Source of the DNA: Octopus bimaculoides
Lineage: Eukaryota
Assembly: GCF_001194135.2 (NCBI RefSeq)
Contig: NC_068993.1
Location: forward strand, 55,763,335 to 55,827,334
Direction of reading: 5' to 3'
Length of the DNA stretch: 64,000 nucleotides
Below the pieces are notes generated by a model that saw only the letters and a list, made by a program, of their open reading frames with translations, did not search any database and was not told the origin of the DNA. Shown here piece after piece: positions 9,806-22,439 of this stretch. The stretch's first letter is position 1. Each line of letters opens with the position of its first letter. The translations under genes were made by a program, and so were the position numbers.

Positions 9806-11308
9806 CAAGTGCTTTACACCACCAGAGATGGTCTTAACACTTCTGCTGTGGAGTACGGGTCTTACGTTGACCCCAGTGATTAACTGGTGCTTATTATATC
9901 AACCCTGAAAGGACGAAAGGCAAAGGGGGGCCCCAGTGGCTTTTGAACTCAGAATGTAAAGACAAACGAAATTAATAACAATCTTAATATTGATTTCAAA
10001 TTTTGGCATAAGGCCAACAATTTGGATGGGGGCAGATAGTTGATACTGTTGACCCCTTTATTTGACTGGTACTTTAATTAGCCTTGAAAGGATGAAAGCC
10101 AAATTAACCTTGGCTTAATTAATACTAATAATTAATACTAATTAATATTAATACTAATTTAATAATAATAATGGTTTCAAATTTTGATGCAAGGCCTGAC
10201 ATTTTGAGGGGACAGGGTTATCTGATACAGTTGGTCAAATTACTTCACTGATACTTTATCTTATTGGTCCCATAAAGAACATTGAGTCAGAAGAAATATC
10301 ACAAAGCATTTTTCTGATGGTCTAACTATTCTACCAGGTCTTTACTTTAATAATGATAATGATGATTATACTAATAATGGTTTCTAAAACTGGCATTCAG
10401 CCACATAGTTGTAGCAGGGTTGACATAATGAATTTAAAAAGGTCCTTCTATTTGATTGGTCCTTAGTTTATTGTTTGGAGGGATGAAAGACAAAGTCAAC
10501 ATTGTAGTATTTTAACTCTGAACATAGAAAGCACTTAATTCAGTATGATTCTCTTTCTGCCAAACAATAATCTTGTTAATGGTAATTATAGGACTTTCAG
10601 TTTAGTTTGCAATGATTATGAGGATAAATTGCTGATAGATTTGCTTAGATAATAAACATGTGCTTTGCTAAATGTTTGTTATTCGTGTCTTACATGATAG
10701 ATTAAAATTTGTTGTTGTATGAAATATTCTTCTGTTGTCATAACTGCAGCAGTAGCAGCAGCAACAACAACAGCAGCAGCAAAATGTTTGTCTGTAGCCA
10801 GAGGCAATGAAAATGAGCAGATATAGCTGATGGGATTATTGGTAGGCAACTTAACAACACACACTTAGACAAAACATAAAATACCTTGATGTGTTTAGTA
10901 ACAATGACCTAATTTGACTTCTTAGTACGATGTTGATCTGTTTTGGAGCTCATCACGGTCCAGCAATGTAAAATGATAGTAGATGTTGTTTTTATACAGT
11001 CCAAGGTTAGCTCTCTTATCAAGCAGATCTTTGGCACATAGGTTGTCAACCGAATGATTAGGTGCAACCCACAGATCCATAACGCTATTATACTACATCT
11101 CCATCTAGTTGAAAATCGTACTGCATATTTTAATATGCAGTGGTCTAGTGTATGTGATGCAGTATTCCAATCTGGACATGTAATCTCTTCACTGTCTAGT
11201 CTGTTTTGCATGTCTGGAGATTCTGGTGGTGGCCATATTGGAGACAGATAATGTGTAGATTGTTTAGCACAGCTTGTGTGGTAAAGTTCAGTTATATTTA
11301 ATCTAGAT

Positions 11309-11543
11309 CAATGGTTGTCAACCATGTTTTGCCCATGGGCCCCTTTGATTTCTATTTTACCCAAGTGGACCCTCATAACCATTCCACATTTAAAAAAAAT
11401 CCTATTTTTATAATTAGATATTATTAGGAATTGTATCAAAAATATTGTTAAAATATTTTGTGTGTATTGTAGAAGTATAACTAATTTATTGTACATAAAT
11501 TTTAACAACAAAATCTTTTATGGACCCTGCTTGAACTCCACTG
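11309..11543. mobile_element. hAT (Charlie-like) MITE, 235 bp
   Basis: Perfect 8-bp TSD ATCTAGAT on both sides (11301-11308, 11544-11551); termini CAATGGTTGTCAACC ... GCTTGAACTCCACTG; related copies at 51883-52281 and 58441-58673. Confidence 0.85.
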
Positions 11544-11998
11544 ATCTAGATGAATGTTTGGTAGAGAATATGGGTAGCAAGTGATAAAGAGTGTATTAAA
11601 TGCATAGCTTGAAAATGCAAGGGTTGATCACTATTTTGTCATCAGGTTGTTCTTGGATTAAATGGATTGTATCCAGGAGCTCCAATCAGCTCTATTAACA
11701 CAAACTTAAAATATGGAGGTAAGCAGTCAAATAGATGAGCTGATCAATGTTTCTAGCCAAAAGAGATGTTATCTTAAGATTTCAAATATGTGGGTCCTCA
11801 TTTTAACAACAGTAAGGTGATTTGGTGATTACACTGGGGGTTTTGTCTGTTTTATTGAGCAGGTTGTGTAACAATGTTGAATATTCATTGAAGGATTACT
11901 CTATACTTTGCTGAATGTTGAGAATAAATGCTTCGGTGGGATTGGAAGTGCTGTTGGATAATTTTTAGTGGTAAGATGTAACTGTGAAAGGAATATAA

Positions 11999-12211
11999 CC
12001 CTTTAGCATTCAAACCAGCCATGCCCATCCCAGATATTCTGTTTGTTCAGACTGGCCAGGTCCAACTTCTCACACCTACCCTACATTGTCATTCTAAAAG
12101 TAAACAATTACATCATTGAAATCTTGAAGCTACAATATAGTTCATGATTAATTCCAAACAATGTGAATAAATAAGCATTACATTTGATAGAGTAATCTGA
12201 ATACTAAAGGG
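11999..12211. mobile_element. TTAA-type (piggyBac-like) MITE
   Basis: TIR CCCTTTAGCATTCA / (rc) CCCTTTAGTATTCA with degenerate TTAA flanks (ataa / ttta); second copy at 19981-20206. Confidence 0.75.
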
Positions 12212-12966
12212 TTTAAGGCATGGCTGCATCAAGATTTGTATCAATTCATCATCATCATTCTCGTCATCATCAACTTTGTCGTCATCATCATTTGATATCC
12301 GTTGTTCATGCTGGCATGGGTTGGATGGTTTGACCAGGGGAGCTGCACCAGACTCTAGTCTGATTTGGCATGGATCCTTCTCAGTGGAAGATGAAAAAAA
12401 TAGTACCAATAATATACTTGAATAAGGAGGCTTTGCGGCATTTTGTCTATCTTTATGTTCTGAGTTCAAATTCCGCTGAGGTTGACTTTGCCTTTCATCC
12501 TTTCGGGGGTCAATAAATTAAGTACCAGTTGCATACTGAGGTTAATCCAATTGACTGACCCCCCCCCCACACAAAAAAAATTCAGGCCTTGTGCCTAGAG
12601 GAGAAAAGAATAATATACTATAATAAAAAGTTGATGTTGTCTTGTAATTTGGGAGTTAGTACCTACTCTCCCCTAATTTTTGATAAAAATGTAAGTGTTG
12701 ACCTCTTCACCTTATTCGTTTTTTGGGGACAATTTTTCAGAAATTTGCATTTGAATATATGATCTGTTTGAACAAGTATTTGTTTTTGTACTTAGATACT
12801 CTTGCTACCATTTGCTACTTAATTAGAGTAAGAGGAGTACTTGTTTTGATTTAGACTCTGAAGAATGACTGTATCAAGGTTTGAACTCTTGACCTATTGG
12901 TTAAATATTTCAGCTCCTTCATCTTACAGCCATCGACTTTATATAATATCTGTTATTCACTTTTAG

Positions 12967-13109
12967 GTGTAACAGGCGAACCCTCTCTTGGCTCCCGGTC
13001 AGGAGTTGGTGGTCTTGCTATCAATGATTTGGTCAATGTTGATCTAGATCTGGAGATAGTTCAGTCGCTACAGCATGGTCACGGTGGATGGACAGATGGA
13101 ATGTTTGAG
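12967..13109 (+). CDS. mib1: mib1 exon, start of MIB repeat 1 (alternative in-frame acceptor possible at 12976)
   Basis: cacttttag|GT GTA ACA GGC ... TTT GAG|gtaagt; [47 protein letters not shown]; 143 nt. Confidence 0.93.
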
Positions 13110-13180
13110 GTAAGTTTTCTTTTCAAATATCATCCTTATCATCTCTGTCACTTAGAATTATCATCTTTATTTCTGCTCCT

Positions 13181-13490
13181 GTGAAGGCACATGGCCTAGT
13201 GGTTAGGGTGTTGTACTCATGATTGCTAGATAGTGGGTTCAATTCCCGGACTGAGTGGTGTGTTGTGTTCATGAGCAAAGCACTTCATTTCACATTGCTC
13301 CAGTCCACTCAGCTGTAAATGGGTCATCCTGCAACAGACTAGCCTTTTGATCAAGGGGAAATGTTGGCCTGCCTGCCTAGCCAGTGGGGTGGCATCATTT
13401 AAAAACTAAAACGAGGCAAAGTGTGTTGGGACCAGTGATGTATAATAACATCCAGTAATCTGTTTGATCACGGGATCATATGATTTCTGC
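13181..13490 (+). mobile_element. SINE family F (tRNA head), with related copies at 54014-54270(+), 56340-56465(+, partial) and 41100-41245(-, partial)
   Basis: A-box TGGCCTAGTGG, B-box GGTTCAATTCC, body ttgctccagtccactcagctg shared among copies. Confidence 0.75.
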
Positions 13491-14214
13491 TCCTCAGCTC
13501 ATTTTTCTTTTCTACATCTTGTATCTCATTGATTATGTACAGATATTTATTGATAGTGACAGTAGATGTCTGCTGTTCACATTGACAATATGTATTGTTA
13601 TTATTCGCAGTAGCAATACATCTATAGTTGTTAACAGGAGTTATAAGGGACTTGGGTGTTGGCTTATAAAAACTATATACATACATACACTTTGTGTGTA
13701 GGCATGGCTGTGTGGTTAAGAAGTTTACTTTACAACAATGAAGATCTAGGTTTGATCCAATTCCATACAATTTGGGCAAATATCTTCCGTTATAGCCTCA
13801 AGTAGACCAATATTTCGTGAATGGAATTTGGTAGATAAAAACTCTGCAGGAACATGTTATGTATGTATGTACATTCTTGACACAATGCTGCAGGTTGCAA
13901 AAAAAATGTTCCTGTGCACATGAGAAATTCAACAAATAGATATTGAAAAATAAATATCAGATTGAAATAAGTTCTGGGGTAGATATGATGGACTAAATCC
14001 TTGAAGCTGCTGCCCTAGTGTTCACCACAGTCCAATAACTGAAGCCAGGGAATAAACAAATGAAAACAACAAACTTCTGATAATATTATTGTTATATTTT
14101 GTGAAGCTCGCTTGGTAAATGTTAGTGTTACATTTATTTGATCAAAAAGATTCCCAGATTTTGCTGTAATTTAATCTTTGTATTTTTGCATTGATTCTTA
14201 TTTTGCCTTTTCAG

Positions 14215-14291
14215 TGTCTGGGAACCACAGGAACTGTGATTGGTATTGATGAAGACAGAGATATTGTTGTGTCATATCCCAGTGGTAATCG
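14215..14291 (+). CDS. mib1: mib1 exon, MIB repeat 1
   Basis: ccttttcag|TGT CTG ... AAT CG|gtaaga; [25 protein letters not shown](R); 77 nt. Confidence 0.95.
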
Positions 14292-14895
14292 GTAAGATTT
14301 ACATTGACATTTGGTAATACGATGGTGACTTTGTGACACAATGACAACATCATGACTTTGGACTGGGTTGTGACATAGTGACTTTGTAGCACGGTAGTGC
14401 CATTTCTGATATGATAGTATGGTAGCGACATTGTGACATGGAGGTTTTGTAACATGAGTGAGATTGCTGATTGAGAAGAAGGTCTGTGGCGGTGGGAGAG
14501 ACTAACAATAATTAAGATACGACACTTACAGAATGAAATAACGACAGCTTCCATTACCTATGTGACTTAATCAGCAATGGAGGTGGATGTTGTGAAAGAT
14601 AGTTGTCAGACTAAAGGTAGAGTGAGAAAGGTTCAGGGATCTATTACCTCTGCTGGTAACAAAGGGATGACAGTATACGTTGAGAGGTAATTTACCATAA
14701 TGACCATCTACTTCACATCGTAGCTTCTCTCACTGCCTGGCTCACACCATCAGTGTTTACCCTATTTACTTCCCTTTTCTCTTTCAACTTGTGCTCTGCT
14801 TTGCTCTACCATTCAGTACATACAGTATGAGACACCCTTTTTTTGTAAACTCAGTATGATTCTGACCAATTCTCTCTTTTCACTTAGTGTTTTAG

Positions 14896-14954
<59 letters not shown>

Positions 14955-15027
14955 AGAATTCAAAACGTACACAATTACAATTCCTACATTACCACTGTGT
15001 ATAGAGTTTCGTGGATTTCATTTTCAG

Positions 15028-15214
15028 GTGGACATTTAATCCAGCTGTTTTGACAAAGGTTACTCCAACAGCTAATACTGCATCTACATCAACTGAAAAT
15101 ACATCAACAAACTCTCCATTTGCTGTTGGAGACCTTGTACAAATTTGTAGTGATGTGGAACGCCTGAAGCAGCTACAACGTGGACATGGTGAATGGGCTG
15201 AAGCTATGTTACCT
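15028..15214 (+). CDS. mib1: mib1 exon, end of MIB repeat 1, S/T-rich linker, start of MIB repeat 2
   Basis: cattttcag|G TGG ... TTA CCT|gtaagt; [62 protein letters not shown]; 187 nt. Confidence 0.96.
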
Positions 15215-16082
15215 GTAAGTCTCTTTCTATTATAGTCTTTCTCACAACTGATTTCAAATGTATCCACTCACTTGAGATTATTAAAAAAAATTTTTATGTC
15301 AAGACAACAATACTGTTCATGCCTGGACATTAACACCTCTATGTCTAGGTATGAACAGCATCCAGTAATGATAGTGATGCTGTATCTGGACAGTAGTGCT
15401 GCCATGTCTGGATACAGCACCACTGCATTAAAAAGTTTATTTCACAACTGAGTGCTTTCATGTTTGATTTCTCTGTACATCTACTTGGTTTAAATGTTTT
15501 GTATCATAGCCTTGGATTGACCAAAGCTTTGTGACTGAATTTGAAGAAGTTCATTGGAAGAATATTTCTTCTTTTTGGGTAGCACACTTCATCCCTCACC
15601 TGGTGTTTAGGTGCCTTTATCAGAGACCATTCAGTTGCAAGTATTTGGGCTAGGTTAGGTCTTGGGTTTAAACTAACTGCTTCTTTTCCTCTTGTCTATT
15701 ACAGAAGCCCTGAAAAATATAATGAGCACTGCCTAAAAAGCAGTCATAGATAACGCTGTTGTCACAGATATGGTCATATATATATATACATATACACACA
15801 CACACACACGCTCGCATATACATGCATACATACACATATATGGGAGGTATTGGTACATTGGTATCTAGAAGACTCAAAGAGTAGCAGGTGATGCTAAGTA
15901 AGTGCTATGGACAGACCATAGTTAAACTCTTGTTTTGATAATGATATGAATATCACTATCGAACCAAGAGTACATACACACACACATATATATATATATA
16001 TCTATTGTCCTATGTAATCTGTGTATAATATTGGTGATACTGTGAATTAATAATGAAATATTTTTGTATTTGTTGTGAACAG

Positions 16083-16230
16083 ACTCTTGGTAAAGTAGGA
16101 TGTGTTCAACAAATTTACCACGATAGTGACTTAAAAGTAGAAGTTTGTAGTACTTGTTGGACATATAACCCTTCGGCTGTTACAAAAGTTGCTTCAGCAG
16201 ACGGTACTGCCGTACCACATTCTTCTGGAG
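16083..16230 (+). CDS. mib1: mib1 exon, MIB repeat 2
   Basis: gtgaacag|ACT CTT ... GGA G|gtcagt; [49 protein letters not shown]; 148 nt. Confidence 0.96.
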
Positions 16231-17669
16231 GTCAGTTTACCAAGTTTGTTTATTACTTTTTGCTTTCACCTTGTATTTTGCATACCACAAAGAAAGAGGG
16301 GACAGTACCCATTTATACTAAATTTTCTAATTCTTCCCCACAAAAAAAAAAAAGAATTCCGCTGATTTGTTTATCATTTTCTCATTTGCTTTGATTTCTT
16401 CTCTTCCCTCTTTCTCTGATTATTTTATCTCTCTTTCTTCCTTTTTTCTCAGATTATCTCTCTCTTTCCATCTCTGATTATTTCATCTCTCTTTTTCCTT
16501 AGTCTCTTCCATATTCTTTATTCTTGCATACTCCATCATCTTGCTCCAAGGGTAAACTCTCACAAGTTTTGCTCCCTATTATCTTTTATCTTTTACTTGT
16601 TTCGGTCATTAGACTGTGGCCATGCTGGAGCATTTCATTTATTAGTCTACATCCTCCAAATACAATCAATTGTATTTGGTTCTGTGAAAATTTCACTTTG
16701 TTCCAGTACACTCAGCTGAAAATGAATTCCAGCAATAGCTGGTGAGTTACTCCTATGATAGACTGACATTCTGTTCAGAGAGGAGTTTTATAATCTCAGT
16801 TACTTATACATCAACAAAACCTGTTTAAGCTCTGGCCTTATGAATCCTTAGGACTCGTAACAGACCTAAGCTGTGATTGCAGAAGAAAGTGAAGCTATAA
16901 GGTACATTTTCTTGGAGTGATGAATTGAATAATGAATTATTAATTGCTGCAAAAAGATCACAGAAAGGTACTTATTTTAGTTGCATAAATAAAATAGAAA
17001 TTTGCTTGAACTTCCTTCAGATTGAAATTATTTCACAACAAAACAATTACACTAACAAAGAACATATGTTGAATGCAAGATGAAGTTTGATGATTGAAAT
17101 TTTATTTCCAAATTTGTGAATTTTGCACAAATAAACCATACAGAAAAATTATCTTGAACGGGAATACTTGTAACAAAGATGACCTCACATATCACAACAG
17201 ATTGGATCCTATTGATATTCTTACTTTGCAATATGGCTGAACCATTTACCCCAAGGTGCCAGAGATTGTAGCAACAGTGGTAATGAGAAGTGTACTATGA
17301 GCTGGAAAGTGAAGAATATAAACAGTTGAAATGTATTCTTAGTGAAATATTTTAAGAAAAGAACATTTTAGTTATAAAATTTCTATTGCAAGACAGACCA
17401 AACTTGACTTGTATTACAGTACCAGTTTCTCCCCTCACACCTCTGAACTTCAGAATTCCCTTCCACAGTTTTTTTTTCCTCTTCAATGTGACCTCCAGTC
17501 TTTTAAGTCTAATGTACATCGTCACCTATTGACTTCTGTCTAGCGTCCATTTTATTCTAGTAGCTCTTATGTTTTCAGTGGTCTAAGGACTTTGTAACGA
17601 GCGAATGCTTTAAAAAAAAAAGAAAGACATTTGCAAGTACAACTTTGGCCAGGAAAGAGAAGAGCTTTT

Positions 17670-17707
<38 letters not shown>

Positions 17708-17777
17708 AATTTTGGGTCATCTGAGTTGGCAGTGCTATAAATCTCTTTCTTAATCTAGAAATATTTTTGTTTTTCAG

Positions 17778-17911
17778 AACGTTTGAGCGCCCTGTTGAAA
17801 AAATTGTTTGAAAGCCATGTATCTGGAGATGTGAATGAAGAATTAGTGAAGGCTGCCGCGAATGGTGATGCTGCTAAAGTAGAAGAAATTCTTCAACGAC
17901 CTGAAGCTGAG
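17778..17911 (+). CDS. mib1: mib1 exon, linker and first ankyrin repeat
   Basis: gtttttcag|AA CGT ... GCT GAG|gtaatg; (E)[44 protein letters not shown]; 134 nt. Confidence 0.96.
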
Positions 17912-18664
17912 GTAATGTATTTACTTGTCACTTCATTCATCAGTTGCTGCTTTCATTTCTATTAAAATTTAATTTTTCTTTCTATCTGTCAATTCTTGAA
18001 ATATGTTGTAAATGTATTTGCTAGATTTTTCAAAATACAGACATGTACTTAAGATGTGGAAGTGTCTGGTGTGGTTGGAGTATCATTACTAGCTGTTTAT
18101 ATATTTTAGTAAAACATCTTTCTCATCACAATGTCATTGTTATTATTACTCATAACAATAAGGCGGAAGGCTGGCAGAATCATTATTCTTTTATGCTTTT
18201 ACTTGTTTTGTCATTTGACTGGCCATGCTGGAGCACTGCCTTTAGTTGAACAAATCGACCCCAGGACTTATTCTTTGTAAGCTTAGTACTTATTCTATCG
18301 GTCTCTTTTGCCAAGATGCTAAGTTACAGGAACGTAAACACACCAACAATTGTTGTCAAGCGATGGTGGGGAGACAAACACCAACACACAAACACATACA
18401 TACACTCATACACACACATATATACATATACCAATATTTGAATCCTTGTTTATAGAATGAGATCTACTCTCTCTCTTTCCCTCTCCATTCTAGGTTCAAA
18501 GCTCTCCAGAGTTGACTTTACCTTACATTTCTTCATTATCTATAAAATAAATACCAGTCATATGTTAAGGTTGAATCTGTTGTTTGTACACTACTCTTTT
18601 AAATTTGTGGTCTTGTATCAGTGTAAGGACTCATTATTATCAATGATATTGTCATTAATTACAG

Positions 18665-18772
18665 GTGAATGGAGTTTTTGCTGGTCATACAGCATTACAG
18701 GCAGCTTCTCAGAATGGCCATATGGAAGTAATCAAAACTTTAATGAAGAACTCATTGGATCATGAAATAGAG
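18665..18772 (+). CDS. mib1: mib1 exon, ankyrin repeat
   Basis: aattacag|GTG AAT ... ATA GAG|gtgaga; VNGVFAGHTALQAASQNGHMEVIKTLMKNSLDHEIE; 108 nt. Confidence 0.96.
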
Positions 18773-18902
18773 GTGAGACAACTGTTTTCATAGATATTTC
18801 TAGTGTTAACAACAGTCTTAATTTTAGTTTAAAGGTTTTGTCTTCTGTTAAATGCACCACAAGTAAATTAAATGTGTTTTCTTAATTATTTCTGATTGGT
18901 AG

Positions 18903-19100
18903 GATAAGGACGGAGATCGAGCTGTACACCATGCAGCTTTTGGAGACGAACCAGCTGTGATTGAACTCCTGCATAAAGGAGGTTGCGATCTGAATGCGCG
19001 CAACAAACGTCGGCAAACACCACTTCACATTGGCGTCAATAAAGGACACATTGGTGTTGTCAAATGTCTCCTATCTCTAGGGTGTCACCCTAGTCTTCAG
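18903..19100 (+). CDS. mib1: mib1 exon, ankyrin repeats
   Basis: attggtag|GAT AAG ... CTT CAG|gtaagt; [66 protein letters not shown]; 198 nt. Confidence 0.97.
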
Positions 19101-19980
19101 GTAAGTGTGTCATATCTTTGATTGTTGCTTCTTACATAATTTTGATTGTTGCACACACATTTAGTTTATCTAAGGAAAGTCCCATTTCTTGAGGCCAGTA
19201 ATTCTTTGTAATTATTCCCACTGTTAGATGTGTGACCTGCATTACGAAGTGATGGGGAAATAGTTGATGATGTTCTGCATCTGATTACAACAGGGAACTA
19301 TAATTTGTCATGATTCTTACTGCTAGAATAATTGGTCTTTTGGAAGAGACATGCCAGAGCATTGGTGGTAATATAGGCCGTTAGCTAATTCATAGACTGC
19401 TTAGCTCTTCTATAACGTCCATTTATATGTATGTATGTATATATGTGTATGTGTATATATATATATAAAACAAAATAGATTTAAAAAGGGAAAGAGGACA
19501 TTGTAAAAAAAAAAAAGCATTGTTATCTCCCTTATTTAACACTTTTTTTGTTGTCAACTGAATGAGTTCACAATTAAGAAGTTTAATTAAAATTATTTAA
19601 TAGTTCCAAAATTTAAGTGCATGTTTATCCAAATGATGATATAACCTTGGTGTTTGGTCAGAAATTTGATCAAATGGTGATGGAGATGGTGGGTACATTG
19701 TTGTATGGAAAAAGATTACCTGCTTCTGCTAGTTAATTCTTAAACTTAATAGTAAAGGAAATGTTTATAAATTACTCTTCGTATTTCTATTAAATACAGA
19801 AGATAATTTCATTTGTTCCTCTTAGATTAAATCACTTTTCGAACATTAATCCATCGTACATCTTTGAAATATGTCTAGGTTCTTTAAAGAAGTAATGACC
19901 TGATATTATTTTCGTTGACTTCTCTTTCTTTTGTCAGAAGTTCATCCCCTCAGATTGTATATTTAGTAAGTGGGCCTTAA

Positions 19981-20206
19981 CTCTTTAGCATTTAAACCAG
20001 CTATATCAGGCCCAAATATTCTACCTTGTTTTATGTTCAAACCAGCCAGATTCAACTTCTTACACCTACCCTATAATGTCATTCAAAAAATTAGCAACCA
20101 TATCACTGAAATCTTGACGCTATGAGATAATGCATGATTAATTCAAAGCAATGTGAATAAATAAGCATTACATTAGACAGAGTAATCTGAATATTAACTA
20201 AAAGGT
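19981..20206. mobile_element. TTAA-type (piggyBac-like) MITE, second copy
   Basis: ttaa|ctctttagcatt...; body collinear with 11999-12211. Confidence 0.72.
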
Positions 20207-21596
20207 AAAAGAATTTTTGAGGTCTTCCTGAAGTGTTTGTTGCTTTATACTGTAATGTAGATGAGATGTTGGTTTGATGGGTCTCGCAATATCCCTTTCA
20301 TTGTTGCTTGTAAGCTATTTCATTTCCACCACTAATACTTTACAGCTGTCTCTTTCTCATGATCATTCATTGTAAATGTGAAGATTCAAACCCATGAAAA
20401 AGCTCATTAGTTAATGACTATAAAAGGTCTTTTTTTTTTTTTGTTGCATGTCTTAATATGTTTAACTCGTTTGTCAAATTGATATGCATGATATTGTAGA
20501 AATCTTTAAATTCCGAGTTTCGATGATTCTCAACCAGAATGCAATGAATTTGTATATGGTGTCACATTGTCTGTACATTAGCTGATGTAGACCTTTATAT
20601 TCTAATAAAATGGTTTGGTCATGGCTGGATTGTCTTGATCATGGGAGTGCTTAATCACGGTTGGCCAATAGGCCCTCCATCTGTCAAGGCTGATCATACA
20701 TCTGCTCATGTATTTTTCGAGGAAAACATGCAGTTGTCCATGCACACAAGTCTCTCCACTTCATGGGAAAGGCCTCTGACTTGGGTTGATACATTTGGCA
20801 CCAGTGTCATTGCAGACATTGCTGTCAGAACACAAAAAGTCACAACCGATACTGTGACCCATTCTAATAGTTTCGGCAATCCACCACCTAAAAATTCATA
20901 ATTTTTTTATTACCAAAAGATGGAAAGCAAAGTTGGCCTTAGCAGGATTTGAACTCAGATCACAAAGTTGGAACAAACACTGGATGGCATTCTATCCAAC
21001 ACTTTAACCATCCTGCTTATTTGCTAATATTAGGGTTGGCTTGGGTCTAATCTGCTTGTTCACTTCACTCTCTGCATGTATCCATAGTTTCAATATCATA
21101 CAACTGATATTAATATCACACTGCAATCTTCATAGTTTGCATATCAGTGTAAGAGATATGAGAAGTGGTATGTGTGTGTGTGTGTGTGCAGGCACAGGCA
21201 TGGCTGTGTGGTAAGAAGCTTGCTTCCCAACCTCATGTTTCTGGGTTCAGTCCTGCTGCATGGCACCTTGGACAAGTGTCTTCTACTATAGCCTTGGGCT
21301 GACGGAAGTCTTGTGAATGGATTTGGTAGATGGAAACTGAAAGAAGCCCATCGTATATATATATATATATATTTATATATATTCTGAGTGGTTGGCGTTA
21401 GGAAGGGCATCCAGCTGTAGAAACTCTGCCAAATTAGATTGAAGCCTGGTGTTGCCATCCGGTTTCACCAGTCCTCAATCAAATCGTCCAACCCATGCTA
21501 GCATGGAAAGCGGACGTTAAACGATGATGATGNNNNNNNNNNNNNNNNNNNNNNNNNNNNNNNNNNNNNNNNNNNNNNNNNNNNNNNNNNNNNNNN

Positions 21597-21634
<38 letters not shown>

Positions 21635-21972
21635 CATACATATATATGTCCGTATGTATGTATATGATTGCGTATATATATATATATATATAGTGATGGA
21701 GATAAACAGGATTAGGCTTGATATATATAGATATACATACATATATATATATAGATATATATAAGAGGATATATATATATATAGATATAAAAACTAATCA
21801 TGTTTATCTGCATCTCAACTCTCCATATCAACTCACCTGGAATTCCTTTAAAGCTACTCTTTACCCCATGGACCTAGCACTTGATAAAGACTTTGGAGTT
21901 TAATTTTAAATCATTTGAGCACTATTGTACGTTTTCTATATTGAGTATCTATAAATCTCATTTGTTGACTCT

Positions 21973-22011
<39 letters not shown>

Positions 22012-22439
22012 TCATGCATATATATTATATATTGTTTGCTTAGTTTGAAAGAAAGAACTGCGCCTTATAGAGTTTAATAAAATGTATTCTGGGGTTGATA
22101 GGATCAACTAAGATCCTTGAAATTGGTGGTCCAGTATGGCCACAGTGTATTATTGGTCAAGACCCTGTAAAGTCCCTGTGAAAACATTCCACTTGAATTA
22201 TCTCGAGTCTGTAGCTGCAGGGAGTGAAATCCAGAAGGGGTCTGGCAATGGGCACAATACATGTGATAAAAGAGGTTGACAAGTGAATTGGCAGAGGAAG
22301 ACCTTCACAGAAACACACACACACACACACACACATGCACGCACACACCACTTATAGTTGTGAATTTGTATTACTGTTTTATTTAATACCATTAATAATC
22401 TCAACACCAATGTAGTTGTTGTTCTTTGTCTATCTTGAC

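Noticed and set aside
10900-11211. 100-aa minus ORF or a possible L2/CR1 RT C-terminal remnant (SRLEYC)
   Set aside because: Only one short motif supports it; it needs a translated search.
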